A stretch of 64,000 bases of DNA from Eledone cirrhosa (taxonomy: Eukaryota), in contig OZ024742.1 of NCBI GenBank assembly GCA_964016885.1, forward strand, positions 46,252,001 through 46,316,000, written 5' to 3'. Within the stretch, counting starts at the first letter, position 1. Each line of letters opens with the position of its first letter. The notes under the pieces were generated by a model. That model saw only the letters and a list, made by a program, of their open reading frames with translations, searched no databases and had not been told where the DNA came from. Shown one piece after another: positions 1 to 12,070 of this stretch. Both the position numbers and the translations under genes were made by a program.

Positions 1-689
1 GCTTTTACATATCAAAGAAACATTTCCGTTACATTTAGTAATTCTGCGTTCAGTTTTTAACACAATTCTGTGCTAGCAGAGATTTTTTCGATGTTTTATC
101 AGTCTCATTATTACTGCAGATGTAAAATTGAATGTAAGCTGATGGGCATCGATTAGCGGTGCCTAGCTGGCTGAAATATATACATTCTTCGTCATTTTAG
201 CTGCATTGAAGAACAATTTACTGGTATTGTTCAGACTCTAATATATGTTGTAGCCACTAAGAAATGAAACTAACCCCAATAGATGGTAGGGCAAATTTGT
301 TATTAATACTTTATATAGACATATTAAGAAATAATGATAAGAACTGATTATCAAATATAATTCTAGCTTTAGGTTAATTGCTGTATAAACATGAACTCTG
401 CAGCTCAAATCCCATAATACATTATGTTGATTTTAATATTTTCACTCCCCTCCACTTTGCTCTCGTTAATAACAAATTGGTTTACTCACTTCTAATCAAC
501 GTTGGTCTTTATGTTCATTACTTCATTAGGAAACACTTTCTATATATTATTCATAATTATGTGGGCGTGTTGTAGGAAAAGTTCTGTAAACTAATGATCA
601 TATGGTATTTATAATTATGTAGGCGTATCGTAAAAATTGATTTATAAGAGTTCTGTAAACTAAAAACTATGTATGGACCTGTAGCTCCT

Positions 690-793
690 GATGGAGTCGT
701 AGTGGCGCAGTCATGACATACGGCGTGTCATGAGTATTTTAAATATGGCGGAGCCCATCCCCTGTTAACGTCTGAGCACAACCAATTTTTTTC

Positions 794-829
<36 letters not shown>

Positions 830-1000
830 GTGATATACAGGAGGAATTGGCTCCAGTACTGGAGTGATATTTTTTTATCGACCTCGAAAGGATAAAAGGC
901 AAAATTGACCACGGTGGGATTTGAACTCAGAGCGCAGAGAGCCGGAACGAATATCGCAAAGCATTCTATCCGACGTTCTAACGACTCTACTAATTCACTG
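690..1000 (-). mobile_element. tRNA-derived SINE with internal (GA)n tract, same family as 58100-58450
   Basis: Minus strand has a B-box-like GAGTTCAAATCCC. The core ttttatcgacctcgaaaggat..aaag and the tail tgacatacggc.tgtc are shared with the 58100-58450 copy. Confidence 0.75.
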
Positions 1001-1939
1001 GTTACTGACAACAATATTCAATAACAAATGGCGCCCCATTTTCTCAGCTTAAGTAAAGGAAATAACTCGTTTACTACGTAATAAATCAATTGTTAAAAGA
1101 AGGCTGAATAACTGAATTCACCTCCTTTAAATTATGTTATCGCAAAGTAATTTGTTTTAGATTAAGTCGCTCCGTTGGCTTGAACGTTCTCTTTGAAGGG
1201 CATGGTTAAATTAGGAGTGATGGTCATGAGAGGACTGAAAAGTATTTCACTACCACTGCCCCAGAAAGAAGCATCTCTTTGAGAAATGATATTACCATGG
1301 AAAGAAGAATGAAAGCTGACAGCTTTATTGAGGTTAAGATATTCACGTAAGTGCAAATATATGTACTTTAATTTCACTAGACACCTTCTAACAGGAAAGA
1401 AACAAAGTGTCTTAACGTATAAACTTTGACAGATTTTAAGATGTGTTGGGTTACATGGCAACATGAATTAACATAGCGTAATTATTAAGTCTCTTGAATC
1501 TAAAAAAAAAAAGAGAATTAGGATTTTATGATTTAGTCAAAGGAAGAAGGGCAGTGCATTGAAGTTTTAAACAACTCACGGCTCCTTTAATTAGATATTG
1601 TATTCAATGGAAAGGTGATGTATTCACAGGAAAAAACTAATGTAAAATACGAAAGAAAACAAACTATAAACTATGCTAGAAGTTTCTCCTTTGTTGAAAG
1701 TAAAGAGAGTTGAGACAAAGGAAAAATTGTTTAATTACTTTGATGCTGCTGCTCCAAATATAAACCATGTGATGTGTGGAAATTGTACACAAAAACAAGC
1801 AAACACAACTGATCGTTATTATACTTGTAACATTGTTTTCATATAAAGTATAAGTGTTTTTATATAAAGTATAAGTACATTCTCGTGGCCTCTGATTTTT
1901 TAACCTTATCTGAAGCCATTAAAATAGATTTGATAAGGG

Positions 1940-2332
1940 CGTGACGTAACAACTGCAGTATAGCGTAACAACTGTAGTAGAATGTAACGTAACATCGTCA
2001 GTAAGACGTAACGTAACAACTGCAGTAGGACGTAACGTAATAACGGCAGAAGGACATAACGTAATAACGGCAGAAGGACGTAACGTAATAACTGCAGTAC
2101 GATGTATCACAACCTAACAACTACAGTAGGATGTATCGTAACGTAACAACTGCAATAGGAGGTAACGTAGTATCTGCAGTACGACTTAACGTAACGTAGC
2201 ATCGACAGTAGGACGTATCGTAACGTAACAACTGCAGTAGGACGTAACGTAGCGTAACAACTGCAGTAGGACGTATCGTAACATAACAACTGCAGTAGGA
2301 CGTATCGTAACGTAACAACTGTAGAAGGACAT
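1940..2332. repeat. 24-29 bp minisatellite (acgtaacgtaacaactgcagtagg-like)
   Basis: Direct tandem copies are visible. About three more units recur at 2792-2870. Confidence 0.9.
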
Positions 2333-2357
2333 TTAGCAGAGAGTTATGTTTAGAAGT

Positions 2358-2786
2358 TGTAATGTTGCCACGAGGAACCATCTTTGGTAGAAAGATATGA
2401 TAGGAATATCGACAACGACTTTAGCTTGTTTTTACATAATTTATTAACAAAGGTTAAGAAGTGAATTAAGTTGGCATGCCACGAATAATGAAATAATTTA
2501 ATTAAGATTACAAGAGAAAATACGGTCGACTGGCTGAGGCGTTTGGCCAGGTCCGTAGTAAAATTGTTGTGTCGTTACATATTGTTTGTGCTTACGGAGC
2601 AAAAGAACAAGTAGTGTTTACCTTAGCATGGTCAAGCTGCAAGAGTGTGATTCCTCAAATCTTCGCGGGCTATTTCTCCCTCAGGACGCGTAGGGATACA
2701 TCCTCTTCTCCTGGCGCTGATTGGCTGAGCTGAGCCAAATCACGCATAGAGAATGTATGTGAGCCCGCGGATTGTAGGTCACTACA
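2358..2786 (-). mobile_element. Probable solo LTR (or small TIR element) between two blocks of the minisatellite
   Basis: Ends are TGTAATG (2358) and CACTACA (2786), i.e. TG...CA with a 6/7 inverted match. The minus strand has a CCAAT box and an AATAAA. No target-site duplication is visible. Confidence 0.4.
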
Positions 2787-3039
2787 GACAAAACGTGGCG
2801 TAACAACTGTGGAAGGACGTAACGTAACAACTATGGAAGGACGTAACGTAGCAACTGAAGTAGAATACAAACTGTAAATTGTATCCACTGGATGTCTTAC
2901 CAACTAAAACAGTCAGAAAACTTTGAGTGAGAGAAGGCAGGAATCGAACCCATCTTTGTTTAATGCTTATACAATCCTCCTCAGTGATTTATTGAATACA
3001 TATATATTGATTTCAAACCTAGGTACAAAACCAGTAATT

Positions 3040-3222
3040 TATGGAATGGAAATCGATAATACCGATCTCAGTACGTTACTGGTACTTTATTTTATCGACG
3101 GCAGAAAGATGAAAAGCAAAGTCGACCTTGGCGGAAATTGAACTCAGAACGTAAAAAGCCGTAACTAAATATTGCAAATTATTTTGGTAGTCGATGCTCT
3201 AGCGATCCCGCCAACTCGCCAT
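3040..3222 (-). mobile_element. tRNA-derived SINE
   Basis: actggtactttattttatcgac...aaagatgaaaagcaaagtcgaccttggcggaaattgaactcagaacg matches the core of the other SINE copies. Confidence 0.8.
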
Positions 3223-4779
3223 CTGATTTAATAAATACATAGTGAAACCAATATCTTCAAATCTTACTAAAAGGCAGTAAAAATTATTCGTTTTATTGGT
3301 GAATACAACATCAAAAGAAATAAAGTATCCCGTACTTTTTATCATTGTTTTATTTCCTTTTCTATGTGGATTCCAGCTTTAACAGAATAGAGGGCTTATT
3401 CGGTATATTCCAACTTTGGTAGATTAGAAGGTCGACTATGAAGCTTTGTTCTACAGAACAGAAGGCTTAAGTATGAAGCTTTACTGTTTGAAGTCAGGCT
3501 AATCTGTTGAAAGTAATAAGCCAAAGTTTTCTCAGAAAAAGGTTAATATATTTATAAGAATGATAGGAAAATGTAACAATATACAATGGTATTTCTTTTA
3601 TATTGTTTTGCTGCTCAATTACAATAGCGTCAAGAATTTATCCTTGCAAGTCATTCCATTTTAATTTAGAGTGTTTGAACAGATTATCAGTTATTCTTTC
3701 TTTCCCAAAGTTATTATTAACTTCTATGTGTGATATTGATCTGGCACCTAAAATAATACATTAGTAAGGAAATCAATAGATTTTGGATATGAAGGAGGCA
3801 TAATTATATCAAAATTTGATGAATCAACCAAGTGAAATATAGCATATAACCTTACCGTGACCAATAAAGTTCACAATTTCGGGGACTTTCGCCCCCGTTT
3901 CTCTCCTTCTTTCTCTTTCATTATGTGAATGTCGATTGACCCTTCGATTGATTGATAAACTTAGTTGTTCAAGGTTATTCAGGGCGATATAAAAGGCTTC
4001 ATCAAAGTTATAATTTTCTCTTAAAACCACCGAATACAGGAAACTTATAGCTATGAAATCAGGAGCTTAGATCGATGTTAAAGCAAAAATACTAAAAATA
4101 ATACGAAATCTTATTGAGTGAACGCTTCATTGATGAGATATAAATGTATAAATGTTCCTTTCTTTCTCAGCTTTTAAATCCATAAGAACATAAGAAGACT
4201 GCAACTTGTCCTGTTCAACGAATCAATGCTACTTATTATAGTATATCTAATGAAGTCCTGCGCAATGTTATTTATTATATCAAAGATTAAAAATAGATTT
4301 CTTTCCATTGTGTTTACTTTATTGTGTAGCTGATATAATTGGTTAAAACAGAGTGGTTCTATCGTGGTTAAGGCCAAAAGGTGGACTCTAAAAGACCATT
4401 GCAAGCTAATGACATACTCATCAATTATGCAAAGATCACATTACTCATATCAAAGCAAATATAACAATAAAGTGTATGTACTTCCAGTTAAGTAGATTGG
4501 TCCTGTGAGAGTGCAATGTCTTGGCAATATAGTTCAAATGTCTATTGCACCTAGCTCTCTCTTCCCCCTTCTCTCTCCTCCCTCCCCCTCCCTCGCTCTC
4601 TCTCTATATATGTAGTTATACATATGTTGTTGACGACCGAAAGGAAAAAGTACTCAATACCTAAGAAGAGTTTAAATATTCACTTTATTAAGTCTTGTTA
4701 CTCTGGAATTTCACCTGCTTCTCACAGAAGCAGGTGAAACACCAGAGGAGAAAAGACTCACTATTTAGCCTTAATAAAA

Positions 4780-4782
<3 letters not shown>

Positions 4783-4854
<72 letters not shown>
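4783..4854. repeat. (TA)n microsatellite
   Basis: Direct. Further (TA)n tracts at 5406-5457 and 5781-5832. Confidence 0.97.
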
Positions 4855-4857
<3 letters not shown>

Positions 4858-5014
4858 GTAACAAGTTATCGTTATAGGTAATTCAGTTAGAGGTTGTGAG
4901 TACTCTGCGTCGTGGATAGTTTTAACGTACGGCTTTGTTTAACTCAACAAGATGTTTCCATAGTTAGGCAGCAAGTTCGCGGTAATTCCTATGTAGGCTA
5001 TACTTGGAGTAATA

Positions 5015-5401
5015 ATAGTGAAACAATGAAGAATAACATGGTTGGCTGTACAATAAAGGGCTTTATTTCAGGTATTAACAATTGTTTCATTACTTTTTTA
5101 CTGTATCTTTTTTTCTTATCTTTTACTTTTTACATCTGTAACTTCTTTACCTATTTATCATATATATTTTATTATTGATGTTATTGTTTTGATTATACGC
5201 TATTTCTCCATATATATCTTGCCTTGTATGAATTATTTTTGTATTCTGAGGATTTGATCAGAGGTAAATAATGTAATGGAGATCGAGTGACGCAGCTTCG
5301 AGCGATTAGCGGCCTCTGGACTCACCTGATAAATGAAACAATTGTTAATACCTGAAATAAAGCCCCTTGTTGTACAGCCAACCATGTTACTCTTCATTCT
5401 T

Positions 5402-5408
<7 letters not shown>
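5015..5408. mobile_element. Inverted repeat pair (77 bp arms, 5015-5091 and 5332-5408), probable Penelope-like terminal fragments
   Basis: Arms are near reverse complements and contain GAAACAATTGTT, the 3' half of a hammerhead core. The right arm runs into (TA)n. Confidence 0.6.
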
Positions 5409-5460
<52 letters not shown>

Positions 5461-5600
5461 GGTTATGCACGAGTGCATTAATGTTTTCCAGGACACAGTG
5501 TTATGTACCGTGTAGTGGAATGACAGCTTACAACAGAGTGGTGCTCAACGAAATGCAGAAAAAAGGTGTATATTCCAGTTTAGCTATATTCCGGGGCGTG

Positions 5601-5777
5601 TATAAAGAATTAAAAAGAACAGAAAGATGCAGTAAAAGAGATTTATTCGGTTCTTACGTACGTTTCAATAGACATCAACAGACATCAAAAGCGAGATCTA
5701 GGCAAATTGATGTCTATTGAAACGTACGTAAGAACCGAATAAATCTCTTTTACTGCATCTTTCTGTTCTTTTTAATT

Positions 5778-5784
<7 letters not shown>
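5601..5784. mobile_element. Perfect 78 bp inverted repeat (5601-5678 and 5707-5784), probable Penelope-like terminal fragment
   Basis: Arms are exact reverse complements and carry GAAAC-GTAC-GTA (palindromic hammerhead stem III plus GUA site). The right arm ends in (TA)n. Confidence 0.65.
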
Positions 5785-5834
<50 letters not shown>

Positions 5835-6127
5835 ATCTTGCAGAGAAATTGAGACAATGTTTACGATGCATAAAACTGGTTATAAATACTAAAATAATGG
5901 TAATAGGCAGATATAATTTTAATGTAACATTTATTACAACAAAACCATTTATCACTCAACATGGCCGCTCTTTTGGGCAATTACTGCTTCCACACGAGAA
6001 CGAAATGTTTTTGCAGCTGTATAATATATAAATCACCGAAACAACGTATTTCTAGCGATCGACTGATGAGATGGGATTACTGTCTGTATTCGTTCATTTT
6101 CCGGTCTTCGCCCAGATTTCTTATTCG

Positions 6128-6159
<32 letters not shown>

Positions 6160-6184
6160 TGTATGTATGTATGTATGTATTATA

Positions 6185-6791
6185 TCAGGTCACCAGTTGG
6201 TGCTACTGGTAACATGTACCCCAGTACAACCTGTCTCATGGTCGGGTCGTTGGCGACTAAACTGGCAACTCCACCAAGGTTTCTTGGTGAGGAGGGTGAC
6301 TTTGGACATCCTGCAGGACTAAAAACAAAACCTGTCAAAGGGCGAAGGAGCTCTTAAGAGTCAATGGCCATCCAAAATCACCGGGAGAGATGACCCCTTA
6401 GCCTTTGTCAAGGCAGAATTCTAGGAGAAGGAAAACTCTGATATAGCACCTGCAACCCTGATGGTATCCAATGATGTTGACTTGTTCTTCTTTTTGGTAA
6501 ATATCATCTTGGTTAAGAGAGTGGGACTGGCTTTGTGCAGTGCCTTTGCTCACTATAAAAGCTTCAGGACACAGGCATTGCTTTGTATCTGGAGCTCTCT
6601 CTGCAATTATCGTCACATGGTACCATGGGCCCAGCACTATGTGTCAATAATTGTCACAGGTGTAGTGTTTGTACCAGAGTTTTCAAGTCGCTGGTTGGAC
6701 TAAAAAGTCACACTCGTTCAACGCATCGGTAGGGGTTCTCCTACATGGATATAAAGTAGTGGCCGTACTCGAAAACGAGTTGGCAGCCACC
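6185..6791 (+). mobile_element. Non-autonomous RTE-derived retroposon, copy 1 (~607 bp)
   Basis: Near-identical to 46249-46855, 61566-62172 and 62906-63291. Has an RTE 5'UTR-like ctaggagaaggaaaactctga motif, a C2H2 remnant CSVCTRVFKSLVGLKSHTRSTH and a 3' hairpin ctcg-aaaa-cgag. Flanked by (TATG)n at 6130-6180 and 6792-6885. Confidence 0.8.
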
Positions 6792-7922
6792 ATGTATGTA
6801 TGTATGTATGTATGTATGTATGTATGTATGTATGTATGTATGTATGTATGTATGTATGTATGTATGTATGTATGTATGTATGTATACATTTGAAAAGGGA
6901 AGTAAGGTGCTATACAAAACAGTGGTTATAGAGAAAAGGCGAAGTTGGAAATAGCACGGAAAATATATTTTAGGGTCTGTTTTTCTTTTTTTCCTTTCTT
7001 TGATTCGTCAAATTAACATTATTGAAAAAAAATGAGAGAGACAATTTTAAAAAAAAAGCGTTTTATAATGTATATAAAGTAAATAAAGTATAACCGGTTT
7101 CGATGTATTAGTAAAATTCATCTTATCAAATATTGAGTATTACAATTAAAAATAATTAATAAAAATTAAAAACTAAAAATTAAAGATTAAAATTAAGAGG
7201 TAAGTTTTTTTCTTCTTCCTTGTTGAGAAGGAGACTGGAAAATGAACTCTTGTGTATATGATAGTAGCAACAGCAGTGTTGGTAGTTGTGTTTCTTCACA
7301 TAGGACAAAATTGTTATTAGGGACAAAGGACATATTCTATAAATATGTGTGTGAATTTCTAAGGCCCATTAAAATGCCATGCTGGACACAGGAAAACGCC
7401 AAGAGTGGTAGTATAGTCACAGTAGTAATTTTCATAGGGTTTATCTGTTGTAGGGATTAGATAACCGTTAGTAATCACTTGCGTTCACGAATACCCAATT
7501 TAGCGCAGAAAACCATAAATTTACAACCTCAATTTACTCTTGAAAGCTCACGAAAACTGTATGCTTATATAAGCAAATAAATAATTAGTGGATTCGTTTT
7601 TTTTGCCTTGTGTATTTAAAAAAACTTTTTTCTAGATTAAACAGTGTGAAAATGTAGCAAAGTGAGAATGAATTTGAAAGAAGAATATTTTAGAAGGGAA
7701 TTTGATGGTAAAATCGAGAGTTACATTATAGGAGTGAAGGGGAGTGAGGGGGAGTGAGGAGGAGAGTGATGAACAAATCACTTAACTTGTTTATTTTATT
7801 TAAAACTTTAGAAATAAATAACGCAATCAATTCGTGGCTACGTGTTTGAAGAAATTCTTTATTGCTTGTTTAAATGTAATTTTAAATTTTTCGGAGAGAG
7901 AGTGAAACAGAACACACTCACT

Positions 7923-8265
<343 letters not shown>

Positions 8266-8504
8266 TAAGAGAGAGAAAACGAAAGAGAGAGGGCGAAAGT
8301 GAGAGAAAGAAAAGGGAATATTAATTAATCTTTTAGGGAAAGCTTGTCGAACGAAATTGGTAAATGTTTGGAAAGGCAGATTATGGTAGTGAAGGACGTC
8401 GGCATAAATCAGTGTACAAGGAAGCTATTTGATGAAGATTGCGTTAAAAGAGAAGAAAAAAAAAGGTGCCAATTATGGGGAATAATTAGCAGAGAAAATA
8501 ACTG

Positions 8505-8632
8505 AAAATTATAAGAAATAAGAAAAATAACTAAAAATATAATAAAAAGTAAACAATAGGAAATTATAAGAAATAAGAAAAATAACTAAAAATATAATAA
8601 ATAAGTAAACAATAGGAAATTATAAGAAATAA
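8505..8632. repeat. ~56 bp A-rich tandem repeat, about 2.3 copies
   Basis: aaattataagaaataagaaaaataactaaaaatataataaa.aagtaaacaatagg is repeated. Confidence 0.85.
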
Positions 8633-8739
8633 CAAAAACAACGGAAAATAAGAAAACAACAGAAAAAATGGCGAACAGTTTCTCATTTCGTTATCATCTT
8701 TTCAGCTTTACTTAAAATTGCATCTTCAATAAAATTGGG

Positions 8740-8985
8740 AAACAACAACAGCAACAACAACAACTACAACAATGTCATCACCAACAACATCATCAGCAAC
8801 CAAGTTGATCAACAACGACAAAAACAGCCTCCTCCTCCTCCTCCTCCTCCTCCTCCTCCTCCTCCCCATCCTCCTCCTCCTCCTCCTCCTCCTCCTCATC
8901 ATCATCATCATCAACAACAACAAAACAATATCATCATCAACAACAGCAGCAGAAAGTTCATCTTCGTCATCATCATTAACAACAA

Positions 8986-9038
<53 letters not shown>

Positions 9039-9108
9039 ACAACAACAACAACAACAACATCATCATCTTCATCATCATCATCATCAACAACAACAACATC
9101 ATCATCAC

Positions 9109-9155
<47 letters not shown>

Positions 9156-9162
9156 ACAACAA

Positions 9163-9200
<38 letters not shown>

Positions 9201-9416
9201 CCAACAACAACAATAACATCAAATACATCAACAGCAACAAAAACGTCAACAACAAGAACAATAACAACTTCAAACACAACAACAACAACAACAACACCAA
9301 CATCAACAACATGAAAAACAAAAACAACACCATTGACAAAAATAACAACAACAACAACAACACCAACATCAACAACAAGAAAAACGAAAACAACATCATT
9401 AACAACAACAACAACA
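8740..9416. repeat. Compound trinucleotide microsatellite (AAC)n/(CCT)n/(ATC)n grading into proto-units of the large array
   Basis: Direct. (CCT)n lies at 8828-8896, with (ATC)n and (AAC)n blocks up to ~9200. Confidence 0.95.
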
Positions 9417-9750
9417 GTGGAGACTTCTGGTGTCCTCGACCCCAGGGCTACCTCCTTACTCACCACCATAGGCGGGGCTTTTCCAGCGCGTCTCCCTTGC
9501 CGTCCTCCGGGGAAACCACTTCTCTATTCTGTCCGCCGGGGTTGTGGGAAGACAATCTGATCATATTACGAATTCTGTTGAATAGTCTTAAATACGATTA
9601 TTATCTACTGAGCTGTTCCCTTGTATGGTGGCAATTGAAAACAGTCTTTTTCTTCTCTTTTACTATTTCTCTCCTTTATATATTTTCTCCTTACACATTT
9701 ATCTTATGTCTTTCAGCAGAAGACTGTCCAGTCAGAGCTAGCCTACAGCT
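9417..9750 (+). mobile_element. 3' fragment of a CRE-clade (RLE) non-LTR retrotransposon, internally deleted
   Basis: Translates as VETSGVLDPRATSLLTTIGG, then (frame change at ~9477) LFQRVSLAVLRGNHFSILSAG. This matches the CRE C-terminal pattern ET.G..G..A...L / L.QR.S.A..RGN, and is followed by a T-rich 3'UTR. Confidence 0.75.
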
Positions 9751-11588
9751 ACATCATCAACACCAACATCTACAACAAGAAAAGCCAAAACAACAACATT
9801 AACAACAACATCGACAACAACAACATCAACAAGAAAAAATAAAACAACACCATTAACAACAACAACATCAACAAGAAAAAAGATAACAACAACATTAACA
9901 ACAACAACAACAAAACAACAACACCAACAAGTAAAAAGAAAACAACGAAAACATTAACAACAACAACACCATTAACAACAATAACAACATCAACAAGAAA
10001 AAAATAAAACAACACCATTAACAACAACAACAGCAATAACATCAACAAGAAAAAGAAAACAACTTTAACAACAACAACAACATCAACAAGAAAAAAGAAA
10101 ACAACAACATTAGCAACAACAACATCAACAAGAAAAAAGAAAACAACAACATTAACAACAACAACAACATCTACAAGAAAAACGAAAACAACACCATTAA
10201 CAACAACAACATCAACAAGAAAAAGAAAACAACAACATTAACAACAACAACAACATCAACATCAACAAGAAAAAAGAAACACAACAACAACATTAACAAC
10301 AACAACACCATTAACAACAACAACAACAACATCAACAAGAAAAAACAAAATGACAACATTAACAACAACATCAACAAGAAAAAAGAAAACAACATTAACA
10401 ACAACAACATCAACATCAACATCAACAAGAAAAAAGAAAACAACACCATAAACAACAACAACATCATCAACAACAACATCAATAAGAAAAAAGAAAACAA
10501 CAACATTAACAACAAACAACATCAACAAGAAAAAAGAAAACAACACCATTAACAACAACAACAATGACATCAAAAATAAAAATAAAACAACATTAACAAC
10601 AACAACATCAACAAGAAAAAACAAAACAACAACATTAACAACAACATCAACAAGAAAAAAGAAATCAACACCATAAACAACAACAACAATATCAACATCA
10701 ACAAGAAAAAAAGAAACAACAACATTAACAACAACAACATCAACAAGAAAAAAGAAAACAACACCATTAACAACAACAACAATGACATCAACAAGAAAAA
10801 ACAAAATGACAACATTAACAACAACATCAACAAGAAAAAAAGAAAACAACATTAACAACAACAACATCAACATCAACATCAACAAGAAAAAAGAAAACAA
10901 CACCATAAACAACAACAACATCATCAACAACAACATCAACAAGAAAAAAGAAAACAACAACATTAACAACAAACAACATCAACAAGAAAAAAGAAAACAA
11001 CACCATTAACAACAACAACAATGACATCAAAAATAAAAATAAAACAACATTAACAACAACAACATCAACAAGAAAAAAACAAAACAACAACATTAACAAC
11101 AACATCAACAAGAAAAAAGAAATCAACACCATAAACAACAACAACAACATCAACATCAACAAGAAAAAAGAAAACAACAACATTAACAACAAAAAACATC
11201 AACAAGAAAAAAGAAAACAACACCATTAACAACAACAACAATGACATCAAAAATAAAAATAAAACAACATTAACAACAACATCAACAAGAAAAAAGAAAT
11301 CAACACCATAAACAACAACTACAACATCAACATCAACAAGAAAAAAGAAAACAACACCATTAACAACGACAACAGCAACAACAATAAGAAAAAAGAAAAT
11401 AAAAACATTAACAACAACATAAACATCAACAAGAAAAAAGAAAACAACACCATAAACAACAACAAAACCATCAACAAGAAAAAAAGACAACAACATTAAC
11501 AACAACAACATCAACAAGAAAAAAGAAAAAAAACATTAACAACAACAACAACATTAACATCAACAAGAAAAAAGAAAAAAACACCATT

Positions 11589-11626
<38 letters not shown>

Positions 11627-12038
11627 GAAAAAAAGAAAACAACAACATAAAACAACAACATCAACATCAACATCAACAAGAAAAAAGAAAACGACACCAT
11701 AAACAACAACAACAACAACATCAACAAGAAAATAGAAAACAACAACATTAACAACAACAACATAAAAAGAAAAAACAAAACAACAACATTAACAACAACA
11801 ACAACATCAACAAGAAAAAAGAAAACAACTACAACAAAAATATCAACAAGAAAAAAGAAAACAACACCATTAACAACAACAACAACAACAACAAGAAAAA
11901 AGAAAACAACACCATTAACAACAAGAAAAATGATATCAAAAATAAAAATAAAACAACATTAACAACAACATCAACAAGAAAAAACAAAACAACAACATTA
12001 ACAACAACATCAACAAGAAAAAAGAAATCAACACCATA

Positions 12039-12070
<32 letters not shown>

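Noticed and set aside
1161-1346. Possible exon (ttttag acceptor, gtaagt donor, 186 bp)
   Set aside because: All three plus-strand frames contain stops and no partner exons were identified. It could only be non-coding.
2930-2955. tRNA gene (minus-strand GGTTCGATTCC B box)
   Set aside because: No cloverleaf or A box. SINE heads elsewhere are likewise not tRNA genes.
6030-6080. GAAAC-AAC-GUA followed by CUGAUGA, as a type II hammerhead
   Set aside because: Stems I and II do not pair convincingly.
6185-6275. HDV-like ribozyme at the retroposon 5' end
   Set aside because: P2-like and P4-like pieces exist, but P1, P3/L3 and P1.1 could not be fitted consistently. Reported only as structured RNA.
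6398-6703. 79-80 aa ORFs repeated in each retroposon copy
   Set aside because: They recur only because the copies are nearly identical, and no domain is recognisable.
8735-9802. 355 aa poly-N/P/H/I ORF
   Set aside because: It is trinucleotide microsatellite read-through into a CRE fragment in a non-native frame.
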